64,000 bases of DNA from Cenarchaeum sp. (GCA_965242695.1 CBDESU010000001.1:448001-512000); one strand, 5' to 3'; shown: positions 12,801 to 22,700, counted from the first letter of the stretch. Notes: generated by a model from the sequence alone, not told the origin. Numbers and translations are program-made.

Positions 12801-15800
12801 CTCGGGCGCATCGCGGCTCGTCCTCGTCGGCGCGCCGGCGTTCGCAGGCGGCGCGTCGGGGACGATCGAGGTGCTCGCCGCCGGCGCGTTCGAGGACCTG
12901 GCCGGCAACGCCAACGGCGCGCCTGCGCGCATCGACGTACAACCGGCCTCCGTGTCCGTCCGCGCCGAGGGGCCGGCCCCGGTCGTCCTCACGGCCGACA
13001 CGGTGGTGCGCAACGTGACGGGCGCGGCGCCGCGCATCGACCTGTCGGCGGTCAACGGAACCTTCCCCGAGGCCGGCGACTTTGCGGTCGTGGTGCGGGG
13101 CGCCGGGGATGCCGCCCCGTCCGCCACGGTCGTCTTTCCGGCCGGGACGTCGGCCGTCTCGGGGCTGCCTGCCGACTCTGTGATTGAATTCTCGACGGTC
13201 GCCCGAGCCGTGCCCGACAGGGCCGTGATCGGCGGCGGCGAGATCGGCATCGTCGTCGAGCTTGGCCGCAACGGCACCGTCGTGTTCGACAGGCCCGTGC
13301 GGATAGTGCTGCCCGGGGCGGCCGGCCACGCCGCGTTCTGGATGGGCGCCGACGGCGCGGTCTCGCCGATCGGGCGGTGCGCCGGCGGCGTGCCGGATCC
13401 CGTGCCCGCCGGCGCCGCCGGGGAGGCGGAGGCGGCCGCCGCCGCAGAGGCGCACCTCGGCGGCAGCGGAGAGTGCGCCGCCGACACCGCATCGGGCGCC
13501 AAGGTGATCTACACGCACCACTTTACCGCGTTCGGGACGGTGGCGCCGCCCGCCGCCCGGGAGCCGCTGCCGCCGCTGGCCGGAGCGGCCGCCGGGGACG
13601 GGGACGGCGCGCCCGCGCCGCCGCCGGCGGGCGCATGCGCTGCCAACCTCACAGGGTGCTCGTTCGAGGCATACGATGCGCCCTCCGTCGGCGGCCTGCG
13701 CCCTGTCGGACCGGGCGCGGCGTTTGGCGGCATGCTGTACGCGGCGGGGCCGGCCTCGAACGCCCCGCTCGGCGAGTCCCTGTACGCGATCGACATGGGG
13801 CGCGGCGGACCCGGCGCCGTTGCCGCCTCGGTCTCGGAGATCGAGCTGCGGATATTCGACGGCATCGACGCCAGGGTGGACATACTCGGCGTGTGGGCCG
13901 GCGGCGGGGCGCCGGATCCGGCGGGCGCCGCATCGACTCCCCCGCTGCTTGCCGCCGCCGCGACGTACCAGATACCCGTCCAGGGGGCCGCCGCCGACGG
14001 AAGCCTGTCGCCGCCGGTGCCCGTACTGCTCGTCATCGACGCCGCCGCCGGATCCCTTGCGGGGCATATCGACCTGTCGTATGTCAACCACAGGGGCCTG
14101 CTCGCCTCGGCCGGCGTGCCGGCGCTGCTCGACGCCTATGCGGCCGCCGGCGCCGCGTACGTCGGGATGCCGCCCGACCCGGCAGCCGCGGCCGGCGACG
14201 GGGCGCCGCCGGCCACAGGCCCCATCCTGCTCGTAAACGTCTCGGATCCGTCGGCCCCCGCACTGGTGCCGATATACGACGACGATGCGGCATCGCCCCC
14301 GTCGCCGGCCGGATACTACTATCCGCGCGAGGGGTGGCAGCCGACGGCGATGGCCGCCCGCGGCACGGCCGTGTACATGGTCGGCGAGGCGTGGCGCCCG
14401 GCGGAAGGCGGCGCTGGCGCCGCCGCCGCCGGCCAGGGCACTGCCTCGCAGGGCCTGCACGGGCTGCACACGCTGTCGTTTGCGGCGGGGGGGACGGCCG
14501 GAGCCATAACGCCGCGCTACTCACTCGTCTCGAGCATTGCGGCGGCGGGCGAGCAGGGAACCGATGCCGATCCCTCGCAATACGCGGCGATCGGCATGGC
14601 CGTCGACCCTGTCCGCTCAAAGCTGTACGTCCTGTACGGGAACGGCACGATCTCGGTGTACGCACTCGATGCCGCCGACATGTCCATGCCGCCGGTGCCG
14701 TCGTTCCTGTACCACCTGGACGCGTCCGTGCGGGATCCGCGCGACCTGGCCCTTGACGCCGGGACGGGGGTGCTGTACGCGGCCGACGGCGGATCGGTGC
14801 GGGTCTACGATGCCGCCGCCGACATTCTTGTCGCGACGGTGGCCGATGCCGCCGCCGGAGCGGCCGGAGTCTCCAGCCTGGTGCTGGCCGGGCCGCCGCC
14901 CGGCGCCGCCGCCGCGACCGTGTACGCATTGCCGGCCGATCCGTCCGCCCCCGTGAGAATAGTGGGCATCCTCGGTGACATGGTCGGCGGAGGCGAAGGC
15001 GACGGCGCCGGCGAAGGCGGCGCGACCGATCGGCAGCCTGGGCCGCCCCCCGTCGTAGTCGCCGCGCCGCCCCCGGCGCCATCCGCGGGCCTGTTCTTTG
15101 GCGGAGGCGGCGGCGGAGGCGGCTCGGGCGGCGGCGGATCGGGACCGACCGGGCTGGCCGCCCGCCCTGATGCGGTCGTGGTCCGCTCCGTATCCTGGGA
15201 CTGCAATGACGGCACGATGCGGATAGTAGTGGCCAGCGCCGGCGAAGGCGGCGGGGCGGCGCCGGACGTGGCCGTGCTGTCGTCCGCCGGCGCAGCCGCG
15301 GCGCGCAATACGGGCGAAGCATCCGGCCAGGGACTGTTCACGTACGAGGCGCCGCTTCCAGGCGACGGCGTAGTCTCGATCAGGGCCGTGCTGGCCGACG
15401 GCCGCGCGGTGGCTACGGCGTCAAAGACGGTCCGCACGGACGGCCAGTGCGAAGGCGAGGTGGCGTTTGACGGAGGCCGCCTCCCTGCCGCCACCTCTGC
15501 CGAAGCGGCCTCTGCCGACGCCGCCTCTGCGCCGTCGGACGCATCCGGACTGTCGGGGGCGGATGCGCAGCCTGATGCCGATGCCGAGCCGCCCGCATCT
15601 CCGCGAACCGGCGGCGCCGCCTCTTCAGATCCTGATGCCGAGCCGGCCGCCGCGCCGGAATCGGAGGCTCCGCCGGGGCCCGCAGCGGCGGCATCTACGC
15701 CCGAGCCCGGGCCCCCAGCCGGCGAAGCCGCGCAGGCCGAGCCAGTGGCGCCGCGGCCCGATGCCGCCGCATCCTCAGAGGCGGCGGATCCGGCAGATGC

Positions 15801-16359
15801 GGCCGATGCGCCGCGGCCCGATGCCGCCGCATCCGGGCCCGAGGGCGGCGGCTGCCTGATCGCAACGGCGGCATACGGAACCGAGCTTGCGCCACAGGTG
15901 CAGGTGCTCCGCGAGGTGCGCGACGCGGCCGTCATGTCGGAGGGATTCGGCCCCGCATTCATGGCATCCTTCAACACCGCATACTATGCGGTCTCGCCGC
16001 AGGTGGCCGACCTGGAGCGCGAGCATCCCGCACTGCGCGATGCGATCCGAGCACTGATCGCGCCGATTCTGCACCTGGCAGGGCTGGCCGCGGCGCTGGG
16101 GCAGGGAGCCTTGGCGTACGCAGCCGCGGCGGCGGTGGCCGTTGCACTGTCCCTCTTGGCGGCCGCCCGCGCCGCCGGGCGCGCCGACGCCCCGCCCTCG
16201 CCAGCGCGTAGGCAGGGGTCCCTAGGGCGGGATGCCGACCGTGCGGCAGCCGACGGCGCGCACGCGGCACTGCTGGCGCCCGAGCGCACCTGTTCCAAGC
16301 CTGCCGGCAAGGCGCGGCAGGCACGAGGCCGGACGCCCCGGACCTTGGGGGGCGCCTGA
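895..16359 (+). CDS. Giant surface protein 1 (about 5,150 aa): signal peptide, about 28 Ig-like repeats, putative autoproteolytic domain, beta-propeller, CFI-box-CTERM, TM anchor
   Basis: ORF 853..16359. Start uncertain: ATG 895 lies about 30 nt after cataag; GTG 955 is an alternative. Hydrophobic ALALAAVAVAAVAIAL, repeats PxLDLxxGxLxxxFDExV...LTxAQKA...DLSGN, HHFTAFG at 13516-13536, GGGCLIATAAYGTELAPQVQVLREVRD from 15844, C-terminal hydrophobic helix. Confidence 0.9.
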   Translation: MPGSNSRCGGGRESERGRRGVNRGAARRRPAPAAALALAAVAVAAVAIALPAGGGDGAVCRTAPPICRTAAAVPPELCDAPAASHAPAPPAASEWLGRLAGDALGAVLPPAEAATCSRIADAYIFDGDKLVITYTRPVDIRYDHIRPSTDGTISRAHCTGGDNRAACYDVLAHHEACYVQTLRGPQLSGSGVASCNAVSERHPWGGREILSVQGNSTFDLVTIGTHIKFWEDYYYSDTGYRSTAHLTDGTTARFSAVRTGGDCFPAGTYTARDALPPSVDRTLEPTLDLAAGQLKFRSTEPLSGTALPGTIRIAGVTALDAASRVSVSRGTDVTVALTPGDHDLLNSRLARASTDTFKTVNLGLHDYSGNAFHTGRWWQTFAIVHDNAAPTLQYWWLDFNTGVLTLRFNEAVHWIYTPYVYLEDPRGGNRHSLASATAPSSLRTATVELTIPPSLLETLGDVHRGHKTAQHTGLRLDLLRGATADNLNNRFAGLLDREIGVTEDSVAPRIASGTAPALDMARHTLALTFDERIDVSESNAGRIKVANSTDHVYLQGGSVGGRDGRSVVVSFGSIVKAEIADLGTPLTVSLDAGAFKDMWGNGNAASQALAATVGRDWVRPGFNGASLDLETGDLAATFSEAVYVDRVYAVGYTLHVADQTAPQQKIRVNLRGADVVTDGRYADAVTLRLTAAQRAAVIGAGGPSPDVRITVGGWAFSDYPVGNHGWYFPLPGSQVAVSPDTGAPSNASVPLLDLANGTIRIQFDEHVDRSAFNASGMRAEAANGSSLSLAGAVPAAAWTGRTAVLDLPPPLAAAVRQAYGTGGQLLLTVPNTAFSDLSGNRFAGMARVDMVAVGETGPLLLVHGPRLDLGTGILEMGFDRAVLAPDTLAGVSIGGNGTSPVPLDGAGASLAGTPPSNLSIALTDAQKAGAAAAHRDGGYLTLHVPPTTFSDVHHHRFAGLQNAALQAEPDALPPALESAPAFNVAAGTVSMSFDEYVVLGTVAPGGIDVYNPHRETSLAGAAVSAQGAGGGGVLDAGVVVTLTPLQRALVYIAMHSDPNIYVRVSNSSIFDVSGNAFAGVDTGAPPGTGGNPGSPRAAADPGLPPPALRPGSEQAVPRGGGGDGGALPLPHLPGHKGPIGPAPPGEGTGGGAPMRSSHLSSTLVLNRGADSPVRLDLNTGILEVEFTSWAYLPLTNLTEAAIRAGGVNVTLEGAAVDTSHGLLGFFNETVVINLTAAQKAAVAAAGTEARLVAAVGSFADASRKLSLAMNEAIDITPDTTPPSLVRQGAGGPALDLGAGTVALAYDEHVAEPGGGFDAGLLAVDAGGERMRLDGAQGMDAVNETVTVSLAPDQKARLAAAVSAAAGMGAAATIDVAPGAAADVSGNAAPGAADVPLLVGGDTAAPMLASPPVLNLGTGMLVLDFDEYVAVGDVRPQDVAVADRNGGGSESPSSVASEGDGARILLAFLPAQSDALALSNATAGPLALTIAGSAGIADLSGNPFAGLSGANLTVVDDSTPPALLPGTIPQLDIGAGTVSMMFTEHIPADGIDLSGAAIEDVNGASRIPLAGAAVLPPSGPEVERRTIDDDTLRIVLTPAQRAAVALASLEAGPVRIDVPSSAIADAAGLRFAGLSNAPLGIAPDATPPEIPPGSPPVLDLSSGLLAVPFTEHVDAPGASILGAFLTASGASNAAAPSTIPLAGGAAIVVPAPPGSASLTVRLSAGQLAAVAAAGASSAVNLTVPAGAVSDLSGNPFAGLAGEPIAVVLDEAPPALASLPVIDLDDGTVLITFGEYVDAGAANATGISVAGPGGAGRPGDPHAGPAMVGLEGAAISVHPPPPYGRQGGQADLPASAAASLSILVTMTAEQKAAAAASAASEVSIDGHTASIHDMSGNRYGGIDRGRALVAPDETGPAPASASLDLGAGTLSISFDEHVHAGAAVDPAGLVVAVAPPAGQSAALPPPAAVRVGLDGAAASASENAVTVVLAGDQRAALQDAAGRAAGGAPAISLDIARGFAEDLAGNPMAAARGLAALLVPDRTPPGLAAAGIGPVLNLASGTLTLAFDEYIDAQGVRLHDVSIAGPDGQNRTALGGASLAGIADSGLVTVRLTPGQADAARSLNASAAGRPLVASAAAGAFQDLAGNPSPENLFSGAALSATGEAGRPGLAGMPVLDLANGTVRIAFDRAVEAPLASLRGIYVMGADRTGGATSLAGAEMYSAPGSSEIAVGLTGAQKASIARSYSLTGSEGATIDVSAAAGIADRWRNAFEGLAAEPMDVVPDGAPPGLSGAAVDLSAGTVRLDFDEFVAAGGADPSAVRMASSGGAPDIPLAGARILAAADGPSVLLGMTASQKAAAAAAHAAGSSLSILAGPGEVVSDLSGNAYAGAAGAQPAPADVAADAASPSLDARLGDPVLDLGSGVLTLAFDEHLAPGNAGGAVSLLPGAPGSAPVQLLPLPPSSGSGNRSGPSVESSTAAFQLSPVQKGSLLAGGAGAGAAAAQLVRLDMGPGALADLAGNPSAAALARPVQVVPDSAPPSLDPDLPPALDLGSGALRIAFDEPIDILSSDLSGLSLSASASEGGDAPEPVALSAAHLEPPYGWASSVTVLLTRDERGQLGAGVAAAAAAAGDGASPGVVLRIASGAFADMSGNGIEAAELAVEAAADADPPHLDRSAPPLLHTGASPPSLEFDFDEYVDVSGIDTSGIVLGAAGANLSVPLAGASAYAAQLGPGQQGDGYRVRIPLTDAQASAAASALAGGARLVVDAPEGAFADLAGNAFAGLGGHGVLASGDVAAPAMAASPHLHLGLHVLTLAFGEPVRLAADGLAGIELSGSNGSHRTSLDGALAPPGPSTALRIELGAAQAERAKSALRADGGLAISISAEAVQDLSYNHFAGLRDAHVDAILDARGPELVEAGRHAPSLDLAGGLLTVQFSEAVDAARYNLTGATISRAAGAGGGPPVDLGGATVLAGGAGGGQPSPTTRIAITDLQKSALVGGGFGAAALGQAALLSIPAGAFYDMEGNAAPAVDGAPLAVAPDAAGPSFDSHAAPPVLDLERGILEVRFDEPVEISWPAASGGVPASGPLPRLDIAVFDGSSGGDGRHRVPIAAPPAELPQEGGAASRTISISLDPGQRAALADAIDASALLGFGAGAVLVAGDGLVRDLSGNGLAGYAAGAGGTGGTALAVVPDAAPPALDPRRPPVLDMGSGMLTAWFDEYVVLAAGPAGPAALEIEMNGTGTGTGTVGGSLSLAGASVQAPPADGSEEVVVRLTHDQKAWLAAAGAAGPDARPVLRVGPGAAADLHGNPNAAASAPAVLVRPDAAPPRLEAPPVLNTALGDVHFDLDEFADARRAAPEGLAIENADGSQHVRLAGAGARAVPAGAGLPADYSDRIDVEPAGAQLAAILGYASAGGPAAVRLNMSGAAFEDMAGNAIAPLARAPLTVTDDAGGPDLLSVRVDLGDGDVSLSFNETVDAAGAILSQMRLGPPGGAGGGISLAGASLLLPHGVESDRIELQLSGAQKAAAAAAHAASAPGSGLALAAPPGAVDDAYGNHAGRLNASAAVEPDATPPALLPAHSGRDAPHLDLGTGVLTLRFSEHVATAAIDPSGISVRGASAAGDASGGSGLAVNLAGASVSQAREGPYSDSISIRMAPESKAAAAASVGPRSLAGLLDIGANASVADPSSVGMLPVSGAPLLVRPDRSPPVVDAARSYVDLRDGTVAIAFDEYVEAVDTSRMAVGAQGAADAVSLGSLSAPAAPSDTVVVRMTADQTLAVASLLEAASAGGAEAEGRAVLHIGPGALADASGNRFAGTPAGAGLVPGSTLPPISVIGASVTAPGTVEIEYSHAVESSPEDYALEVDGERRTIAGVSGSGGAVYAVSFEPADARPDAAGTVSIGRLSGPGYLFGGADAAAVSDGQAPSAVSAAAVGASAVSLHFDEPVAGVDASDLAVAGVGSRAVEIAGVSGSGASRLVLVGAPAFAGGASGTIEVLAAGAFEDLAGNANGAPARIDVQPASVSVRAEGPAPVVLTADTVVRNVTGAAPRIDLSAVNGTFPEAGDFAVVVRGAGDAAPSATVVFPAGTSAVSGLPADSVIEFSTVARAVPDRAVIGGGEIGIVVELGRNGTVVFDRPVRIVLPGAAGHAAFWMGADGAVSPIGRCAGGVPDPVPAGAAGEAEAAAAAEAHLGGSGECAADTASGAKVIYTHHFTAFGTVAPPAAREPLPPLAGAAAGDGDGAPAPPPAGACAANLTGCSFEAYDAPSVGGLRPVGPGAAFGGMLYAAGPASNAPLGESLYAIDMGRGGPGAVAASVSEIELRIFDGIDARVDILGVWAGGGAPDPAGAASTPPLLAAAATYQIPVQGAAADGSLSPPVPVLLVIDAAAGSLAGHIDLSYVNHRGLLASAGVPALLDAYAAAGAAYVGMPPDPAAAAGDGAPPATGPILLVNVSDPSAPALVPIYDDDAASPPSPAGYYYPREGWQPTAMAARGTAVYMVGEAWRPAEGGAGAAAAGQGTASQGLHGLHTLSFAAGGTAGAITPRYSLVSSIAAAGEQGTDADPSQYAAIGMAVDPVRSKLYVLYGNGTISVYALDAADMSMPPVPSFLYHLDASVRDPRDLALDAGTGVLYAADGGSVRVYDAAADILVATVADAAAGAAGVSSLVLAGPPPGAAAATVYALPADPSAPVRIVGILGDMVGGGEGDGAGEGGATDRQPGPPPVVVAAPPPAPSAGLFFGGGGGGGGSGGGGSGPTGLAARPDAVVVRSVSWDCNDGTMRIVVASAGEGGGAAPDVAVLSSAGAAAARNTGEASGQGLFTYEAPLPGDGVVSIRAVLADGRAVATASKTVRTDGQCEGEVAFDGGRLPAATSAEAASADAASAPSDASGLSGADAQPDADAEPPASPRTGGAASSDPDAEPAAAPESEAPPGPAAAASTPEPGPPAGEAAQAEPVAPRPDAAASSEAADPADAADAPRPDAAASGPEGGGCLIATAAYGTELAPQVQVLREVRDAAVMSEGFGPAFMASFNTAYYAVSPQVADLEREHPALRDAIRALIAPILHLAGLAAALGQGALAYAAAAAVAVALSLLAAARAAGRADAPPSPARRQGSLGRDADRAAADGAHAALLAPERTCSKPAGKARQARGRTPRTLGGA

Positions 16360-16745
16360 CCATGCTTGATCGGGCATGCGGTGCGGCCGATCCCATGCCG
16401 GTTCCGCCCCCACCCCTGCGCTCCTCCGGCGGCATGGCGTCCCTGTCGGGGCTGCCGTGCCGGGCATCGCCCGCCGCCTCCTCCTCGCATGGCCGTACGC
16501 GATCGACGCACCGGCATAATCGTACATCGACCACTGCGACGCCGCATGCCCCCGCAGTCCGCCTCGCAGCGGCGGGCCCCTCTTGCCGCGTCGGGCCTGG
16601 GCACCGCCGCATGACCGAGATGCCGCGACCCTTCCGCCGCATGCCGCCGGCAGGACTCGCCTGGCCTGCAAACGATCGCCATTTACACCGGGGGCCACAG
16701 CTAGGCGGCATTGGACGGGCGGAATGCGGCTGGACGTGATGCGGG

Positions 16746-19700
16746 GTGAGGTTGCATGCCGGGTGCATCGAGCGGCGGCGGACTGCCGGTCTGCCTGCAT
16801 CTGCGCCCGCGATGGCGCTTGTCTTGGCCGCCGTCGCCGTAGCCGCCGTCGCCGTCGCCGTCGCCGTGCCGGCCCTTTCGCCCGACGCCGTCCATGTCGC
16901 GGGCGGTGACGACGCCGCGGCCGCCGCGGCCGCAGTCGCCGGCGCCGCCGCGGCCGCCGCGCAGGCCATACTGCTCGGCGCAACGGGGGCGGACATCCTG
17001 CCAGAGGCCGAGGCCCAGCGCTCGCGGATCACGTGGATTGGGCTGTATCAGGACTATGGCCCCAGAATCAAAATCGTCTTTAGCTGCTGGCCGGTGCCGA
17101 GCACATACAACTCGGACTACCGCCTGGTCATCGACGGCGAGCGCCGCAACCTGCACTCCTTCCTGTACGCCGGCAGGGCGGTGCTCTTCCGCATCACGGG
17201 CGACACCGACACCTCGTCGACCGGCACGCTCGACATGCGGGCATCGACGCGGAGCAGCCTTGGCTGCTGGCACCCGGCCCATTCTGGAATAACCGTGCCG
17301 GACAGGTCGTCCCCCCAGCTCCTGGGCGTCAACTACGACCGCGAGAACTCGCGGATCACGTTCGTAACCGGCGAGGCGCTCCGGCAGGGCTCGCCCCCTC
17401 CCAGCTCGATCGCGATCAAGTGGATGGACGTGCCGGCGCCGTCCGGACGCCAGCACTGCGCCGCCGCGCCCGGCGGGCAGGTGTGCACGAACAGCTTGTA
17501 CGCCTCCTGGTCGGCCCAGCGCCTGCTCTCGCACTGCGGCGCAGGCGGCGGCGATCCCATCTGCGGCAACGCGGCGAGCCTGGGCGGAGCGACGCTGTCC
17601 AAGCGCAGCGCGGCGGTATACGACATGAGCCTCACCGCAGCCCAGGTCTCGGCGCTGGACGGGCACCTGGCCCGGGGCCACTCGCTGGTCGCGACCGGCG
17701 CAGGCGGCGCCGCCGACGCCGCCGGCAACCGCCTCAGGCCCTCCCTGATGTTCGTCACGCCCGTCCCTGACTCGTCGCCCCCCGAGGTTCGGTCCGCCTC
17801 GCTGGACATGGACGGCGCGCTGCTGACGCTGCGGTTCAGCGAGCTCGTCAACCCGTCTGCAACGCGCCCCGCCTCGATCGCGCTCGTCCTGCCCGGCGCC
17901 GGGGCCGGCGGCCCCGCCAGCGCATCCCTGGAAGGCTCCGTGGTGCCGGGCGGCCCCGTGCCGGGATCCAACGGCAGCGTTGTCACGATAAGGCTCGCGC
18001 CGGAGCCGATGGCCGCCGCGGCGGCGGCGGAGCGGATCGGCGGGGCGCTGGCAGTCAACTTTACGGCCGGCGCGTTCAGGGACGTGTCTGGAAGGGGCGC
18101 GGATGCGTCGGAACCCGGCGGCATCGCGCTCTCCGTGATCCTGGATACGAAGAGGCCCGCCTGGAGGGTCGCACCGCACCTGGACTTGGACGCGGGCACA
18201 ATGACCTTTGTATTTGACGAGTACATCGACGCCTCTGCGTCGCGCCCCGGCCGGATCACACTCGGGGGCGCCAACGGCAGCGGCGCCTTCGACCTGGGCG
18301 CGGCGGCCCTGCCGGACGGGGACGGCCAGACGGTCGCGCTCACGCTTGCCGGATGGCACAGGACGCGCGCCCAGGCGATCCTGAACGAGGAGCCGCCGCT
18401 CCGGGCGGTCATTGCCCGCCCCTTCAGCGACCTGTCCGGCAACCTCAACCGCGAATGGACGGTCAGCCCGACCGTAGTGCCCGACACCACGGCCCCCGTC
18501 GTATACAACGCGACGCTGGACCAGGGAGCCGGCCGGCTGATCCTGGCGGCGAGCGAGCCCCTTGACGCCTCGCGGGTCGATCTCGGGTCGATCTACATTG
18601 GCGGGAATGCGGACGGCCTGCCGGCGAACCAGACGTCGTCCGGAAGCCTGGTCCATGCGTACGGGGCGCTCGGCGCAGTGCAGCACGGCCGGATGAGCCT
18701 GGCCGGCGCCTCGCCGCCAGCGTCCGACGGGAATGCGCTGTCCATGGGGCTGACTGCGGCGCAGAGGGCCGCCTTCCTGGGCGAGTACGAGTTTTACGGA
18801 GGCCTGGTCGCCAACCTCACAGCTCCCCTGTACGACACGGCCGGCATCGCAACGGAGCAGGCGCGGATTGCCAACGACTCGGTCATAGTCCTGGAGGATG
18901 CGGCGGGACCCGCGCCCGACCCCGACCTGCCGGCGTCGGTGAATCTGGCCACCGGCACGATGGCGGTGCACCTCGACGAGTACGCCATAGTGGACGAGAC
19001 GGCGCCGCGGAAGGTGAGGATCGTGGGCGCCGACGACGGCGCGCCCATTGCGGCGGCCTCGTCCGTCAGCGACGGCCCCAACGATGCGGCCCCCGTGGTC
19101 GCCCTCGGGAACCACACGGGACGCTACAACGTCACTGCATCGGCGCGCATCGTGCTCGACGTGGATCCGGGCGGACTTGCCGCGCTGGCCGAGGCCCACT
19201 CGAACGGAACCGCCGCGGTCCTGGTGCTCGAAGAGGGCGCGTTTGCCGACCTGCACGGGATCCGATCCGCCGCCGCGACGTTCAGGTCGGGGCCGACCAT
19301 CGCCGATCTGATCGCCTGGTTCAGCGGGCCGTCGGCGGCCGAGCCCTTCCCGTACGACTCTTCGCCCCGGATCAGGTTCGCCGACGATGCATCCCCGCCC
19401 GGCCTCGTGCCGGGGGAGGCGCCGGTGCTGGACCTGGAGCGCGGCACGCTCTCGATGCGGTTCAACGAGACGATCCACATGCAGTGGATCGACCTGGGGG
19501 CCGTCAGGCTGCGCAGCGCGCAGTGGGACGGGGCGCTGTCCCTGGCCGGCGCGTCGCTGCCCGACGGCGACTCGGACACGGTCGTGATCGCGCTGTCCGA
19601 GTCCCACATGGCCGAGCTTGCAGGGCGCGGGCCGGCCGCCCTGGGCACGCTGGTGCTCGACGTGGGATCCCACGCGATCTCCGACCTGGCGCACCACGAC

Positions 19701-22700
19701 TTTGCGGGCCTGGCGGGCTCTCCGATCTCGGTCGTGCGCGACACTGCCGGGCCGCGCATCCTCGATGCGGCCCTCGATCTGGGCACCGGGGTGATGTCGG
19801 TGCGGTTTGACGAGGCGGTCGACGCCGCTGGCCTGAACGCATCGGCGCTCACGGTGCGCGCCGGCGCCGGCTCCGGCGCCAACTCGACCGCCGGGGCGGG
19901 CGTTCCGCTCGCCGGCGCCGCCGTGGCGCCCGCCCCGCAGGGCCGCGCTGCCGGGGCGGACGGGCTGGTGGAGCTGGCCATACCGCACCGCCTCCTCGAT
20001 GCGGTCGTCTCGTCGGTGGGACCGGGCCTGCCGGATGCCGCGCCGGGAGCGGCCCCGGACCTGTGGCAGGGGCTCTTGACGCTCTACTTTTACGGCGCGG
20101 TGCTCAATGCAGCGCCGGGACTGGTGCAGGACCTGTGGGGAAACGAGTTCGGCGGGGCGGCCGGATGGCCGCTGCGGATCGTCCCAGATGCGGTTCCGCC
20201 GAAGCTTGACGACGCGCGGGCCGGCACGGCGCATCCGGCCGTCCTGAACCTGGAGGCCGGCACGATCTCGCTCAGGTTCGACGAGAGCGTGTCGGTAGCG
20301 CTGGCCGACGCGTCGCTCATGCGCGTGGCGCACCGTAACGGATCCGCCGTCGCGGAACTGGCCGGCGCGGCCGTCGGCGCCTCCACCGCCGGCGAGTCCG
20401 TGGGGCCGGCAGCGCAGCGGCCCTCTGCGCCGCGGCTCGACGACCTCCTGGTGATCCGGCTGACGGGCGCGCAGGATGCCGCGCTTGCGGCCGCAGTTGC
20501 CGCGTCGGCCCCGGCCCTGGATATAGTGCTGGCCGCGGGGGCCGTCTCTGATGCATCGGGCAACGCAAACACCGCGACTGCGCACAACCTCTCCGTTGCG
20601 GAGGACAAGACGCCGCCGACGCTGGCCCCCGGCGGGCCCCGCCCGTCGCTCGACATAGAGCGCGGCCGGCTGTCGGTCTGGTTCAGCGAGGCCGTCGACG
20701 GGCCGTCGGCCGATGCGGGAGGGCTGCGCGTGACGGCCGCGGCCGGCGCCCATCCGACAGGCCTGCTCGGGGCGCGGCTGCAGGCGTCCGCCGGCGGCGA
20801 GCTCGCCGCGCTGCTGACCGAGGCGCAGCGCGCGTCCGCGGCCAGGGCCCTGCGGGCCGCAGAGGCGGGCGGGCCGCCGGCGGACGGCCCGCAGGGCGCG
20901 CGCCTGTTCCTGGATATAGAGGGCACCGCGGTCGAGGATCTTGCGCACCACCGGTTCGCCGGCGCCTCGGGCCTGCCGCTGGACGTGGCGCCCGACCGGT
21001 CGCCGCCTGCCGTGTCGTCGGCCGTGCTGGACCTGGGCCGCGGCGCCGGGACGCTCACGCTGCGCGCCGCGGCCGGCGAGCACCTGGACGGGAACGCCAC
21101 TAATCCGTCCCTGCTCGCGCTGCGCGGCTCCGCGCACGGCGGCGCGTGCCATACCGCGCTCGGCGGCGCGCCGGGCCTGCACGCCACGTCGGGCTCTACG
21201 ATTACGGTGCGCCTGACGGCGGAGCAAAAGGCCGCGATCGATGCGGGATGCGGCAGGGACGGCCCGTCGCTCGTCAACGTCTCGGCCGGCGCGTTCGCAG
21301 ATGCGTCGGGCAATCCCGTCCGGGCCGGCGCCGCGGCCAACCTGTCCGTGGCGCCGGACAGGTCGGGGCCCGCCTTGGCGGCGGATCCCGAGCTGGACCT
21401 TGGCGCCGGAACGCTGCTGCTGGAGTTTACGGAGCGCATAGGGGCCGGATCGGCCGACGCATCGGCCCTGACGCTGGAGGTCGGGAGCGCGGGGACGCCC
21501 GCCCGAATTCCACTCGAGGGCGCGGCGGCGGCCGCCCCTCCGCCGCCGTCGCACCCCGCGCTCTCCTCGCGCGGCCCGCAGGAGGACCATGCTGCGCTGG
21601 TCGCGCTCAGCCTGACGCCTGCCCAAAAGTCGGCCGCCGTCCTGGCCGGCGCCGGCGCCCCGGCGCCGGTGCGCGCGGACATGTCGGCTGGGCTCGCCGG
21701 CGACATTCTCGGCAACCGCTTTGCGGGCGAGTCCGGCCGGGCGGTGTCGACCGTCGCCGACGCGGCGCCGCCTGCCATCGCCAACGCCTCGCTCGACATC
21801 GGCGCCGGCTCGCTCGTGCTGTACGCCGACGAGCATGCGGACGGCGCGTCGATCGACCCGTCCGGGGTGCGCATCGCCGGCCCGCCCGGCGTGGGCCTGT
21901 CCGGCGCGCACCCGTCCGCCTCGCACTCTTCGGCGCGGCCGGCCGTAGTGCTGAACCTGACCGAGGCGCAGAGGGCCTCGGCGGCGGCGGCCCACAACGG
22001 CACGACGGAGGGCCTGGCCGTCGACGTCGACGCGGCCGCGTTCGCCGACCTGTCCGGAAACCCCGTGCAGGCGCGCAGCGGGATTGCGCTCGCCGTGGCC
22101 GCCGATGCGGACCCCCCCGCACTGGCCGCGGATCCCGTGCTGAACCTGTCCGACGAGACGCTCACGCTGTGGTTTGACGAGTGGGTCGACGCCTCGCGCA
22201 CCGACACATCCGGCATACGCGCGCACGGCGCGCAGCAGGCAGGGGCGCCGGCGGGAGGGCCGGGGACTGCCAGCCTTGCCAATGCGACGCTGCGCGCGGC
22301 ATCCGACGGCGCGCGCGTCACCCTTGCGCTCACCGATGCGATCGAGACTGCCGTGCTTGCCGCCAACCTCACGCACGGGCCGCTGCGCATAACCTTCCCC
22401 GACGGGGCGTTTCGCGACATGTCCGGCAACGCCCTGGAGAACGCGGCCAACCTCACGCTGGCGATCACGTCCGACGGCGACGCGCCGCTGCCGTGCGGGG
22501 CCCACAACGCATCCGATCCGGGCATGTGCGGAACAGGCGGCGCCCCGGCCGGCCAGGTGCTCGACCTGGATGCGGGCATGCTGCTGCTCCGCTTTGACGA
22601 GCCCGTCGATTCCTCCCGGATCGACCTGGCGGGGCTGGCCGTCGGCGGGGCGGGCGGGCTCAACCGCACCTCGCTTGGCGGCGCCGCGGTGGTCGCGCCC

